From NCBI GenBank assembly GCA_000091205.1, contig AP006499.2: a stretch of DNA of 64,000 nt. One strand, written 5' to 3'. Positions within the stretch are counted from its first letter, which is position 1. Each line of letters begins with the position of its first letter. This stretch comes from Cyanidioschyzon merolae. Taxonomy: Eukaryota. Shown one piece after another: positions 42,796 to 53,763 of this stretch. The notes below the pieces were generated by a model that was not told the DNA's origin, did not search any database, and saw only the letters and a list, made by a program, of their open reading frames with translations. The position numbers and the translations under genes are program-made.

Positions 42796-44524
42796 ACTGG
42801 CTAGGATTGCTTGCGGTTAGCTTGTGCGCCGAACGCTGGTGTCTCAACGCGGAAAATGGCAGGACCCGGGGGCATGTCCACTGATACTCTATGATGTCGA
42901 ATGACTGCGCAGCGTGACCGTCTACATATTGCTCGAATCATATCCGTTTGCTGTATATACATAAAGCTTTCAAAGCTTGCTGGATCCCTGAACCGTACCA
43001 TACAAATGCCTTGCTCCAGGCGAGAGGCGAGGCCCCTGTCTCCTGGCCTCTGATTGTCTTCGCTCGATGGTCGGCGAGAAGAGGATTCTTTTCGTTCTTT
43101 TCAGGAAGCCAGTAGTAACCGCCCTCTAGCATCCCGAAATCCATGTCCACATCACTCCCTTAGATTTTCTATTTCTTCGAATGAATGCGTTTCGAAAACA
43201 TCTATAAATCGCGAAAAAGCAATTTGATGGCACGAACCTGCGGACGGAATACCTTTGACGTGAAAGATTATAAGTGTACGCGTTTCAACGCGAGGCCAAT
43301 GACGTGCTGTTCAACGCGTGACGGGTTTTCCACAGAAGTATGCGTTGTTCTGTGTCCATTCGTATCTCTTTATCGGAGCTCGAATCCACAGTATGAAGGC
43401 TTCACATCCTCTTACTCCTTGCTTACCATTTGCTGGAAAGCATATGGAGTGGAATGCGTTGACAAGAACGTAGTTTTGTAGACAGCGTTTGATGCGTTCT
43501 GTTCTTTCGTGCAATTCTTTTCAGGACGAGCATTACGAGACGGATGGATCATTCACCAGCTGACCGGGGAACGACTGACTTGTGCATGGAACACGCTTTT
43601 CCGTAAGCTGGCAATGACAGCCCAAATTTGTTGTGCGACCTGTCTTCAATCTACAGAATACATTCCCCAAGTTGCATACCGAAGGGAAAAAACAACGTGC
43701 GTATATCGCAACAGGTGCTCCAGAATGCACCCCAACACATCCATCGACCCGCGGATACGCATATGAAGCTTTGAACTGTTACGTTTACGCATCGATACGT
43801 ATATATTCACGCAGACGCATGAACGCATGCTGGCATCAGTAACCAGAAACGAACGCATATCACTGCGCAGCGATCACTGATGTACGTCTTCTGTAACGTG
43901 TTTCATACAGCTTGCATGCTTGCCAGAACAACGAGCGTACTACTCGTGCTTGCTGGAGCACTTTCAGCATCTTACAGTATTGGACCAAATCGAGACTTTT
44001 GGCTGGACTCCAATCGTCGACGACGAGGCGGGGTGACAGATATCCAGCGCGTCAAGAATCGTGTCTGGACGTACTCGGTACCAGTACTCGGTTTTCGTAC
44101 GCGTTCTCGAATGCTGGTATTACGCACAATGCAATGCTTTTTGATGCTCTTTGGATGCTTGTGGTGACGATCGTGATCCGCTGATATGCTCCATTCGTAT
44201 CCTGTCGAGAAAAACGACACCTCCGCATCATCACCCTGATTGATCGCTTTCATGGATCGAAAAGGGACTCGTTCGCGTTCCTGCAGCAAAATCAAGAGGA
44301 ATCCTGCGCGGAAACAACATGCAACCACAAAGAGCTGGCCAGCACTCATAGATCCACTTTCGCATCCTCCACGAGCGCTTTTCGAGGTTGGGTGCTGATT
44401 GCGCCTAGTTCCGGGTAACGGGGTACCTCAAGGCGACCTCAGAGCAGCGGCGCGTTACCTAGAACGCGTGCAAGTCGGAACGAGCCGCATGATGCAAGCT
44501 TGCTGCACGAGCATTCCATGGCAA

Positions 44525-46975
44525 TCATGGGATGTTTTCCGCAAGACTGGCGTCCTGGGACACAGCCGCCTCAGACTGCTGCGCTCGCCACATCTGGGCG
44601 TACACCGTGTTGCCTTCCCGCAAAAGACTCTGATGCTGGCCTCGTTCAATAATGCAGCCATCGTTCATCACGAGGATTTCATCTGCATCGCTAATCGAAG
44701 AGAGACGGTGTGCAATGAAAATAGATGTGCGGTTCGAGGCTACCTGCTGAATAGCATGACGAATGAGCAGTTCGGTGGACGAGTCCAAGGCAGACGACAT
44801 TTCATCGCACACGAGAATGGGCGAGTTCTTCAGAATGGCGCGCGCGATAGCGATACGTTGCTTTTCGCCGCCACTGAGCATAATGCCACGCTCACCGACC
44901 ATGGTTTCGTAGCCGTGTGGGAAATGCTCCACGATTGTGTCGTGGATGTAGGCTGCTTTGGCCGCGGCCTCAATTTCCTCCTTTGTTGCATCGATGCGCC
45001 CGTAACGAATGTTGTATTCGATGGTGTTGTTGAAGAGTACGATATCCTGAGGGATGCAGGATATGGCTCTTCGGAGCGAAGCGAGTTGCACCCGTTTGAT
45101 ATCTTGTCCCCCGATGTAGATCGAGCCTTGATCAGGATCATAGAAGCGGAAGAGGAGTTTGATGATGGTGGATTTTCCACAGCCGCTGGGTCCGATGATC
45201 GCCACTTTCTTCCCGTGCGGCACATCGAATGAGATCTCCCGGAGGATCTGATGGCTAGCGGTGCTACCAGTGCTCGGTGGGTCTGCCCAAGACGGGTACG
45301 CGAAACTCACTCCCCTAAAAGCGATGCTAGCGTCGCGCTCGAGGAAGAGCGGCAGCGCCGACGCGAGCTCGACGACGCGCGGACGCAGCTGCATCACACC
45401 AAACATCATCTCCATATCCGTTAGGCTTTGGCGAACCTCCCGGTATACTGTGCCCAAAAAGTTCAGCGGCATCGACATTTGGAAGAGGAGCCCATTCACC
45501 AACACAATATCACCGACAGTGAGTTGGCCCTGCATGACTTCGCGAGCCGCCATGACCATCATCGCAGCCATAGCTACGGTAAAGATCGCGTTCTGCCCAA
45601 AGTTCAACACCGAGAGGGACACCTGCGTTTTCACATTCTCGCGTCCGTATTTTTCAAGAAAAGCTGCATATTGATCTGCTTCCACGGACTCGTTATTAAA
45701 ATACTTGACTGTTTCGTAGTTCATGAGGCTATCAGTGGCCTTATTGCTCGCCGCGTTCTCAGCAATATTCATGCTCTTGCGGAACTGCGTTCGCCACTGC
45801 GTCACCACCAGCGTGAAGATCGTATAGGCCGTGAGCGCTCCACCGGCAATAATGGCATAGCGCTCGCCGCAGCTATAGGCGAGCATACCGCAGACCAGAC
45901 CAACCTCGAGAATCGTCGGCAGGATATTGAAGACAATCGCCCGCATGAGAAAGTCGATACCACGCATGCCCCGGTCAATGGTACGCGCAAGCGCACCAGT
46001 TTTTCGTGACGAGTGATAGCTCAGATCGAGGTCCAGAATTCGGCGAAAAGTCGTCAGCGCCAAATCAGAGATCGCTCGCTGACTCACTGTTGCAAAAATG
46101 GCATTGCGGAGCTCATTTGTCAGTGATGCTGCACCACGAGCTAGTCCATAGGCGAGAAGTATCAGGACGGGCCAGGTGCTCGCGTACGCTGCGGCGGGAT
46201 CAACCGCTTTCGATAGCATATCGACTGCGATCTTGAATGTCACAGGAACCTGCACGAGAAGGATTTTGGAGACGAATAGTAGCGAAACGGCTATCGCTAC
46301 GCGTCGACGCAGAACTGGATTGTCGCGAGGCCACGCGTACCTGCTGAGTATGCGCCCAACGCCGCGAAAAGAGGCAGGTTTGACGCCCTCGAGTCCAGCC
46401 ATATCGGCGTTGCTGTGGAGAAGCTTCGACGACGTTGATGTCGATTCCGACTCGGAAATGAGGCCGAGGCTGCGAAGCCCGCGCATTACCTTCTCCGACG
46501 AGCGCTGTCGGAGTAGCAGCCAGCGCTCGGCAAGTGTCTTGGATGCTGGAGCTGGCGCGTCGGCAGGGCGTCGGAGCTTCTCTTCCGGTGCGTGTGCTCT
46601 TGGTGAACCCGCGTGGACCCGGCAACCGCGCTGAAAAGGCGATCTGCGAAATGCTTCCGAGTTCCAGAGGAGTGAGCGTTGCACCCGGTTTCTGTCATTC
46701 GCTGCTCTTTTGGTATAGTGGGCGCTGTGCATGCTATACAGCGACACTTCCTGAGCACGCACCTCATGAGTCCAACCGTTTCCTTGCTGCAAGCACCACC
46801 ATTGGATCGAGGCGCTTAGCTTGCAAGCACGCTTCCGCGATGCCACTCGCGGAAACACGCACGTACTTATCCTGAAAAGTATGTGCATATTTGTAGCGAG
46901 AGCAGGGCACGCATGGAGAGCAGCAACCGGGCTGCCGCAACACGGGACGTGCCTGCTCCCTGCCTGCAGTAGCAC
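44525..46975 (-). CDS. ATM1: ABCB half-transporter of the ATM1/ABCB7/HMT1 type (one TMD plus one NBD; mitochondrial Fe-S/glutathione-conjugate exporter family).
   Basis: N-terminus WPRDNPVLRRRVAIAVSLLFVSKILLVQVPVTFKIAVD is ATM1-like. Walker A GPSGCGKST, signature LSGGEKQRIAIARA, Walker B ILVCDEMSSALD. Six transmembrane helices. 816 aa. Confidence 0.88.
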   Translation of the reverse strand: MLLQAGSRHVPCCGSPVAALHACPALATNMHILFRISTCVFPRVASRKRACKLSASIQWWCLQQGNGWTHEVRAQEVSLYSMHSAHYTKRAANDRNRVQRSLLWNSEAFRRSPFQRGCRVHAGSPRAHAPEEKLRRPADAPAPASKTLAERWLLLRQRSSEKVMRGLRSLGLISESESTSTSSKLLHSNADMAGLEGVKPASFRGVGRILSRYAWPRDNPVLRRRVAIAVSLLFVSKILLVQVPVTFKIAVDMLSKAVDPAAAYASTWPVLILLAYGLARGAASLTNELRNAIFATVSQRAISDLALTTFRRILDLDLSYHSSRKTGALARTIDRGMRGIDFLMRAIVFNILPTILEVGLVCGMLAYSCGERYAIIAGGALTAYTIFTLVVTQWRTQFRKSMNIAENAASNKATDSLMNYETVKYFNNESVEADQYAAFLEKYGRENVKTQVSLSVLNFGQNAIFTVAMAAMMVMAAREVMQGQLTVGDIVLVNGLLFQMSMPLNFLGTVYREVRQSLTDMEMMFGVMQLRPRVVELASALPLFLERDASIAFRGVSFAYPSWADPPSTGSTASHQILREISFDVPHGKKVAIIGPSGCGKSTIIKLLFRFYDPDQGSIYIGGQDIKRVQLASLRRAISCIPQDIVLFNNTIEYNIRYGRIDATKEEIEAAAKAAYIHDTIVEHFPHGYETMVGERGIMLSGGEKQRIAIARAILKNSPILVCDEMSSALDSSTELLIRHAIQQVASNRTSIFIAHRLSSISDADEILVMNDGCIIERGQHQSLLREGNTVYAQMWRAQQSEAAVSQDASLAENIP

Positions 46976-47197
46976 CCGCGTGCAGCACTCGTTTCGTTGA
47001 GCCTTCGGAAACCGCCCCTTCCAGAGAAAAACAAAAGTCCCACAAGCCCGAACACCAGACGGAACTTGCCCAAATACGCAAGCAGTCCAGTTGGCTTCTT
47101 GGGAACACCAGGGCTATAAGCACCGCGTTCAGCGTACGCAACAGGCGCCCTGTCCTGAGTGTAGCTCTGTGGACGCGTCGCCGAGGATGAGCGGCTC

Positions 47198-48367
47198 TTG
47201 TTGCGTCGCTCCCTGTATTACTCTCGCTTGTGTTGCTGGTGGTGCGGTTTCCCTTTGGACCCGTCGTCGACATTGCAGCAACTGTGCTTTCTAGCTGCAA
47301 GCTGCCGCTCCATGCCCAAACGGAGTGGTGGTTATAGAAAGAAAAGGCGCACGCAGCCGCCACAGTCGACGGAGCCTTCGGAGTCAGAGGCGAAACCTCC
47401 GCAGTCGTTTGTTTTCCGTCGAGGGCCTGCGAGTCCAGAGGTGCGAGCCCTCTTGCTTGATCTTCGACGAGTCTTGTTACCGAATACAGCGCCTCGGCTC
47501 CGAGAGGGTGATCGATCCGATCTCAAGGATCTGCTGGACGTTGCTGGACCGCTTGGGGTCACCCATTTCGTCATGTTCCGCGAGAGTCGCCTCGGTTTCG
47601 TGAATGTACGTTTCGCACGAACGCCCCGCGGACCCACCGTCACTTTTCGTCTCGAACGCTTCTCGCTGAGTTCGGACGTGCACCGAGCGCAGCGCAGACC
47701 GCTTACGTTGAAGCACACGGACTTTGAACAGGCACCTTTGTTGATACTGAGCAACTTGGACACCGACACGCCAAATACGCAGCTGCTCGTCACGATGTTC
47801 CGCAACCTCTTGCCGCCTTTGGACGTCAAGAACATTCGCTTGGAACAGGATGTGAAACGAGTCCTCTTACTTGACTGGAATGCGACGACGGAGGAGCTCG
47901 AATGGCGACATTATGGTATTCGGATACGACCGCAGGGGGTGTCGAGGACTATTCGACGCGTCATTGAACGGCGGGGGAGACGTGCGGGAGCGCTCGGCGC
48001 TGGACACCTGCACGATGTTAGTGAGCTGGCGGATCCATCACTTGCAGCGACGCTGCTTACCTCGGAAAGCGAGGCAGAGGGACCGTCTGAGTTCCAGTTT
48101 GAGCGATGGATGCCGCCCCCGAATCCAGAACCTAGCGCGATAAGCGCTGGTGTTGGTACTGCGGTATCCGGTGCCCGGAAGCGTACCACGGGTTCAGGGA
48201 GGTCGCGGATGTCAGCAGCGAGCTACGCGCCCCGAGCTGCAGTGCGTCTCATCGAGGTAGGTCCGCGGATGACCATGCGCTTGTTGAAAATTGAAGAGGG
48301 GCTCTCCAGCGGGACAGTCCTCTACCGCGCAGCCTCCTTTAGCGCACGCGATGGTGCGCAACTCTGA
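47198..48367 (+). CDS. Brix-domain ribosome biogenesis protein (Peter Pan/SSF1-like).
   Basis: SFVFRRGPASPEVRALLLDLRRVLLPNTAPRLREGDRSDLKDLLDVAGPLGVTHFVMF...PRGPTVTFRLERFSLSSDV is typical of the Ppan/Ssf1 Brix N-terminal region. It is divergent with the ATM1 gene, with a shared intergenic region of about 220 bp. Confidence 0.7.
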   Translation: MLRRSLYYSRLCCWWCGFPLDPSSTLQQLCFLAASCRSMPKRSGGYRKKRRTQPPQSTEPSESEAKPPQSFVFRRGPASPEVRALLLDLRRVLLPNTAPRLREGDRSDLKDLLDVAGPLGVTHFVMFRESRLGFVNVRFARTPRGPTVTFRLERFSLSSDVHRAQRRPLTLKHTDFEQAPLLILSNLDTDTPNTQLLVTMFRNLLPPLDVKNIRLEQDVKRVLLLDWNATTEELEWRHYGIRIRPQGVSRTIRRVIERRGRRAGALGAGHLHDVSELADPSLAATLLTSESEAEGPSEFQFERWMPPPNPEPSAISAGVGTAVSGARKRTTGSGRSRMSAASYAPRAAVRLIEVGPRMTMRLLKIEEGLSSGTVLYRAASFSARDGAQL

Positions 48368-48582
48368 ACCCGTGGAGAGGTTTTTGTGCAGCGGAGCACG
48401 GACCGCTGCATATCCTTGCGGTCGTGCTCATTCGTGCCTTGTGACCGGTTCCAGCTGCACCCATTGATCAAGGGAGCGTAGCAGCAGCGCCTCCAGATGG
48501 TTAGCGCCGATGGAGTCGAGTGGGACGTGCTCTATGGCAGTGCGGTTGCCGGAGAGAGAAGCGAAGCTTGTGGTATTTTTTT

Positions 48583-48822
48583 ACGGAACAACGTGCTCGA
48601 CCCGCACTGTTTCTAACCTGCCGTGTGTGCAGATGATGCGCTTCCGGGGACACAGCAAACGTCGAAGAACACGATCCGCACTGTTTCTAACCTGCCGTGT
48701 GTGCAGATGATGCGCTTCCGGGGACACAGCAAACGTCGAAGAACACGATCCACACTGTTTCTAACCTGCCGTGTGTGCAGATGATGCGCTTCCGGGGACA
48801 CAGCAAACGTCGAAGAACGTGT
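48583..48822. repeat. Minisatellite: three contiguous 74-bp units plus a partial leading unit. Unit: cgcactgtttctaacctgccgtgtgtgcagatgatgcgcttccggggacacagcaaacgtcgaagaacacgatc.
   Basis: Units begin at about 48603, 48677 and 48751 and are near-identical. It lies about 230 bp downstream of the Brix gene. Confidence 0.85.
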
Positions 48823-49883
48823 AGTGCGAACGGGAATTCTGAATCCGAGCCCACCAGCATAATGTACTGGAGTTCCGTTCGGAGAGCGGAGCGCGGTTGC
48901 AAAGCACACCCCAAAGCTCTTTCGGGATCCTCGTGGATGGTCGTTCACGTTCGAGCCGACCGCTTGTGGATGAATTTTTGGTAACGATACGAGCGTCGCG
49001 TAACTTGACGCAGCATGGATACGTCATGCTCGCAACGCCAGCACTAGGAAAGCGCTGGTCTGCCGCACCCCGAGCAGACTCTCCACGAACAGAACAGACG
49101 CATTCACGAGCGCCGAGCGCATATCCTGCACACTTAGCGTGCGGAGCCGCTTCGCTTGCCAGGAACGGCTGCGAGCCCTCGGCAGGCGCCAGTATCCCGT
49201 GCACGAGTCGCTTAAATCTGCATACCCGCACTGTGCTGCTGCTGTGGCAGTCACTTGCTGCAACTTGATTATGATCTGCATCATTGTTCTCGTGGAGCAG
49301 TGTCCACGGTGAGCGCTTTAGTCTGGTTATGCGTCCAGAACAAGCGCTTCCAATTGTAGCAGGGGAGAGCATCTGCATTGCGGCATACAGAACGCTGTCG
49401 TAGCTGCGCGCTCGTATCCGGCGACAGCGGTCTCCTTTAACTGGGGCGAAGAAACCGTGACGCAAGCGATCGATTACGAACGAATGCATGAATGAATGGA
49501 TGGATGTTGCGCGCTTTAGAGCGTGACCCAGGGATACCGCTCGTCTTGGTCGGAACGCGTCATCAGAATACGCTCACTTGAATGCGATATGTGGAACGAA
49601 CCCAGCGAAAGCGGTACGCGCTTTTCTACTCGGTTTGCCGCTCTGTCGCATGTTTCCAACGATGGAAAGCGGACTCCTGGTAGTCTGCGCGTGACGCAGT
49701 CCAGTGATTGTACGGTCGTACAATGAGCAATGAGAAGTTTGGTTTTCGTTGACAGCGCTTCGATGGGCTACGGGTGCTGTTTTCATCCGGCGCAGATGCT
49801 CAGCGCCAGAGCGTTCTCGACCTGTACGCAAAATCGGGATGCTTCATACCCGAGCTCTAGTGTTTGCGTACTCAGGAGGCCGG

Positions 49884-51605
49884 TTAAAGAACTCTCCAGA
49901 TTGCTGTCTTGTCTGGCTCCATTTCGAACTCCACATCCAAAACAGATGTGGCCAGCGTGTGGCCCTTTCGTTTGCCGCTCACACAGAACAGCGTCGTGGT
50001 TTCCGTGCCTCGCCAGATATCCGCTCTCTCCGCATCCTGAACGAGGCGGAACAGCTCCATGTGCCGCATCTGCTCCTTGCTTTCCTGATCCTGAACATCG
50101 ATGTACCCAAAGAGGCGAATTTCTTTGTCTGTGCCAAAGCCGCTGATAGGAATAGGCACTGCCCCCGGGTTGATGTAATGAACGAGAGCCCCGGTGCGAA
50201 TCAGATTCACACCAGCGTGCGGTTTCTGCTCGGTCCATTTATCGGCAACGACGCCTGGGCGTAGCGGAGCTGTGTTCGACGACGACGATGTCGTCACAAC
50301 TGATCGCGACGGAGAAGCCTCTTTCGACTGCAGGCGGAAACGCGTCTTGCGGACCGTATACGCCTCCCAGGCAAGGCCCGGCACAAAACCAAGTGAGGCC
50401 GTTGACGAGTTCTCTTGACCAACAGCCGGAGACTTGTTTGCGTCATGCGCTTCCTTTTCTAGACGGTGCTGCTCTTCAACAATTTTGAGAGACAGCAAGT
50501 ACAGGGCACCGTAGTCAATCATAGAGGGATCTTTCAGCGCAGCAGAATGGAGAACCTCCAATTCGTGACGACCAACACCCCCGCCCAGGCGAACGACTTC
50601 GTCACAGCGGCCTGTGAGCGCAGCGGACGCTAGCAGCACCAAACGATCGTTGACATCCATGGATTTCCCATCTTTCTCGGCTTGTCGAACCGCATCGTTA
50701 TACGCAGTGCGCATTTTCTCGGGATCATGCATTCGACAGGCAATGTCGAGTTTTAGTGCCGCAGAGCGAGCCACCGATTCGCGTATAAGTTGTCGAGTCT
50801 CGGCATCGGAGACAGTTGCTGCCTCCGCAGCAAGTTCATCGAATCCTCCCATTTCGAGTAGGCTCCACGCCGACTCTAGGTACGTTTTCTTCAGCTCTTC
50901 CCGGACCTGCAGCGCTTGTTCCAAGCTGATCTTGCCGCTGGACGGGTTGTACTGCGCTGCGGTTCTGGTGCAGAAAACCGTGTGGCACCACTGCGCGATG
51001 ACAAAACGACAGGGCGCACTGAGCACTTCGTAGGACTCTATGGACTGCAGCTTCTTCAGGAGCTTGCGCTCCCGAGCAGTGTCGGCGTTGCCCGTTTCCT
51101 GAATGTTCCGGAGGGAGGCGTCCAACTGCCCAGCGAGCTCCGACTCGTCTATAATCGGGAGCGATGGAACGCCTCCTGTCGCAGTGTCCGTTTCAGAAGG
51201 TTTCGCCAGCGTCGTGCTTGACGAAGCAGGCGGAGGTGCTTCTGCGGTTTGTGCTGCAGCGCCGCTTGCGGACGCTGACGGCTCTCCGGTTACGGCAGCT
51301 GATTCGGAGATGATTCGATGATTCCCAGACGACCCGCTTTCGGTTTCACTCGACGTAACGTTAGCCGCTGTGGGTGCCTCTACGGGTTGCTCAGCGGCCC
51401 TGCCTTGGTACGTCTTTTCCGACTCCGAAGGATGCGCGGAAGCCGTGCTCGACAGCGATCGAAGCTGTGTGCGGGTGCTCTTGTAAAGGTAGTAACCGCC
51501 GATCGCTAACCCCGTGACAGTTGCTGCCGTCACCACATAGGTGAAAGTGCGACCCATAGTGTCTACCGGTCGAGACACGCCACACACTGCGTTTGGGCGG
51601 GTCAA
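49884..51605 (-). CDS. Hypothetical protein with an N-terminal transmembrane anchor. It has a low-complexity S/T/A-rich region, a helical middle and a conserved-looking C-terminal domain. Unassigned.
   Basis: Uninterrupted 573-aa ORF. Transmembrane segment FTYVVTAATVTGLAIGGYYLY. No recognisable catalytic motif. Confidence 0.5.
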   Translation of the reverse strand: MTRPNAVCGVSRPVDTMGRTFTYVVTAATVTGLAIGGYYLYKSTRTQLRSLSSTASAHPSESEKTYQGRAAEQPVEAPTAANVTSSETESGSSGNHRIISESAAVTGEPSASASGAAAQTAEAPPPASSSTTLAKPSETDTATGGVPSLPIIDESELAGQLDASLRNIQETGNADTARERKLLKKLQSIESYEVLSAPCRFVIAQWCHTVFCTRTAAQYNPSSGKISLEQALQVREELKKTYLESAWSLLEMGGFDELAAEAATVSDAETRQLIRESVARSAALKLDIACRMHDPEKMRTAYNDAVRQAEKDGKSMDVNDRLVLLASAALTGRCDEVVRLGGGVGRHELEVLHSAALKDPSMIDYGALYLLSLKIVEEQHRLEKEAHDANKSPAVGQENSSTASLGFVPGLAWEAYTVRKTRFRLQSKEASPSRSVVTTSSSSNTAPLRPGVVADKWTEQKPHAGVNLIRTGALVHYINPGAVPIPISGFGTDKEIRLFGYIDVQDQESKEQMRHMELFRLVQDAERADIWRGTETTTLFCVSGKRKGHTLATSVLDVEFEMEPDKTAIWRVL

Positions 51606-52671
51606 GGGTGGAGGCAGCGTTCCGGCTCCGCGACGCGCGCTGCTCCGCCCGAACCCCTGGAAAGTCCTTATGATCTATTAAGTTACGTAAAAGTATATTT
51701 TAAGATAGTTTTGTACCTTAGACGCATGTCCTTGCGCAGGCTCAGTGTCGCATCGCGTGTGCGGGGATTTTCGCGATCGCGGCGCGGCCGCTGAAGGCGC
51801 GAAGCCTTGTCGACGACTGTGCGGTAACCCTGGGCCGCATCATGCTCCAGTCAGCGTCTCGGTGTCCACTGTTTTATGCGTTTTCGGGGCGCCCAGGTAC
51901 CACGTGAGCACTGGGCTCTGTGTTGGATTTCACAGAGTGCCCGCTTAGGTTCTCGGCTGAGTCGCCGATGACCGGGTTTCTGCCGTATCAGCATGCGATC
52001 ATCGGGAGCTCGCTTCCCATGTCCATGTATGTGCAAGCAGCGTCGGATAACGTCTACAGGTTTTATGCATATCGGTAGCAAGGTGTGAAAAGCTGAACGG
52101 CGGGAACGAATCTATGACAGGAAAGGCCGCTTCCTATCCGTTCCCTCTTTCGAAGTGAATCCTACACGCTGGTGGGAATACCATGAGGAGGCGGGTGAAC
52201 GCTTCGGCTGCGAGCTTACCCCACCATATCAGTACCACTCGAGTCGCAGAGGTGTCCATTCGAATCACAGCATACGTCTGTTACGGATACGGTTGCGTCA
52301 AGTCGATTCCCGTGGCAGCGAATTTCTCGATGCACCAGCCAATGACCCCTATCTGGCGTTCTACGAAAAACCTTTCTCGAATAACAAGCGCATTTCTCAC
52401 GCACTATAAGCCGGCTCGATCGAGCTGTGCAGAGAGGAAATGTAGCGCTCGCATCCGTGCCATTACCGTAGCAGCCGCTTGGCAGACCAATGGCTCTATC
52501 TGCACGTTGCGCGTTTGTATGAACAGCGTCACCCCGTATCGAAGAAGAGCTCAAAGCTGAAGCATGCAAAGGCGAATGGACCCAGAGCACCCACGAAAGC
52601 GCATCAAACACGTTCACATACCACTCGCAAACAACAAGTGTGCGCAAGCAGGCGCGCCGCCTTTGGTGCCT

Positions 52672-53763
52672 TTACTCTGCGGCAGGCGGCGAGGGTACGT
52701 CTGTTCGCGCCATTTGCTCAGCGCGCGACTTGAGTCCATGGTTGAACGCTTCAAAGTCCCGCAGCAGCCGCTTTCGAAACCGACCGCTGGGAAAGACATC
52801 GGCAGTAATACCTGAGAAACTCGCGGTGTGCGTAAAGAGGCATCCGTTCGTGGTAGGCTCGATCCGGAAAGAATGCCTACCCCTAAAGACCCATCCAAAG
52901 ACTAGTTTTCGCTCCCAGGTGAGCTCGTTGCCTGTACGTAGCTGGGTCAGCTTTGAGCGAAAACGCCGCCCTCGCCAACCGCTATCGAGCTCCACAGTGA
53001 GCGTCGCACCCAACGCTAGTTCGCCTCGTATGTTCGAAAACAGGGCGTTCCACTCTGGATACCGCTCGAAGTCACACAGAATATCCCAGATAACGGAAGC
53101 CGGGGCCAAGATCTCGATAGAAGTATTGACTTGGACGGGCATTACCGAGCAGCAACACACACACACAGTGCAGGGTCTGCTGCAGTTTCCGCTTCGTTTC
53201 GCCAGAAACGGTGCACTGGGAAGGTGCCAGCGACGCACCGAGGCTACGTGTCGTAGTTCGACTACAAGCACGCCGCCACCACTACCTACGACTGTAGCTG
53301 CGACGAGCCAAAGCCAAAGTCGCCCCTGAAACGGGAAACACGAACGTCTCCAGTTTCGCTCAAACAAAGTGCTTCGGTTATATCGTCGAGAACAAGAGAG
53401 AGCCCGTCGCTGGCGCAAACCCGTTCGGGAGACATTAACTGGTACAACACGTGTGGAAACCGGCGCGTTGCACACACACACACACGGCGTCTCCTGTTCG
53501 AACGCTAGAGCCGTCGAGCTGAAACCGCTCCAACCCACACTGGAGCGCTGCACCTGGACACCGCGGACAGCGGCGGCTCGCGATCTGCACGTGCGCCTCC
53601 CGAGCCTGGAGCATTGCCTGTGCTGATTCGCGAGCCGCTCGCTTTCGAATGTCATCGCGACTTGTGCGCTGGTACAGCCGAACATGCATTGGTAGATCAT
53701 GGTGTTGTTACATCGAGTTTGATCACAAAGGAACAGGCCCATTGAGATAACAGGGGTATCCAT
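52672..53763 (-). CDS. SRPBCC (START/Bet v1/polyketide-cyclase-like) ligand-binding domain protein with an N-terminal extension.
   Basis: C-terminal part VNTSIEILAPASVIWDILCDFERYPEWNALFSNIRGE...LTVELDSGWRGRRFRSKLTQLRTGNELTWERKLVFGWVFRGRHSFRIEP fits the polyketide_cyc2/SRPBCC pattern. Confidence 0.55.
   Translation of the reverse strand: MDTPVISMGLFLCDQTRCNNTMIYQCMFGCTSAQVAMTFESERLANQHRQCSRLGRRTCRSRAAAVRGVQVQRSSVGWSGFSSTALAFEQETPCVCVCNAPVSTRVVPVNVSRTGLRQRRALSCSRRYNRSTLFERNWRRSCFPFQGRLWLWLVAATVVGSGGGVLVVELRHVASVRRWHLPSAPFLAKRSGNCSRPCTVCVCCCSVMPVQVNTSIEILAPASVIWDILCDFERYPEWNALFSNIRGELALGATLTVELDSGWRGRRFRSKLTQLRTGNELTWERKLVFGWVFRGRHSFRIEPTTNGCLFTHTASFSGITADVFPSGRFRKRLLRDFEAFNHGLKSRAEQMARTDVPSPPAAE

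Noticed and set aside
44399-45232. 277-aa plus-strand ORF overlapping the ATM1 ABC transporter.
   Set aside because: It is antisense to a gene with unmistakable Walker A/B and ABC signature motifs, and has no motifs of its own.
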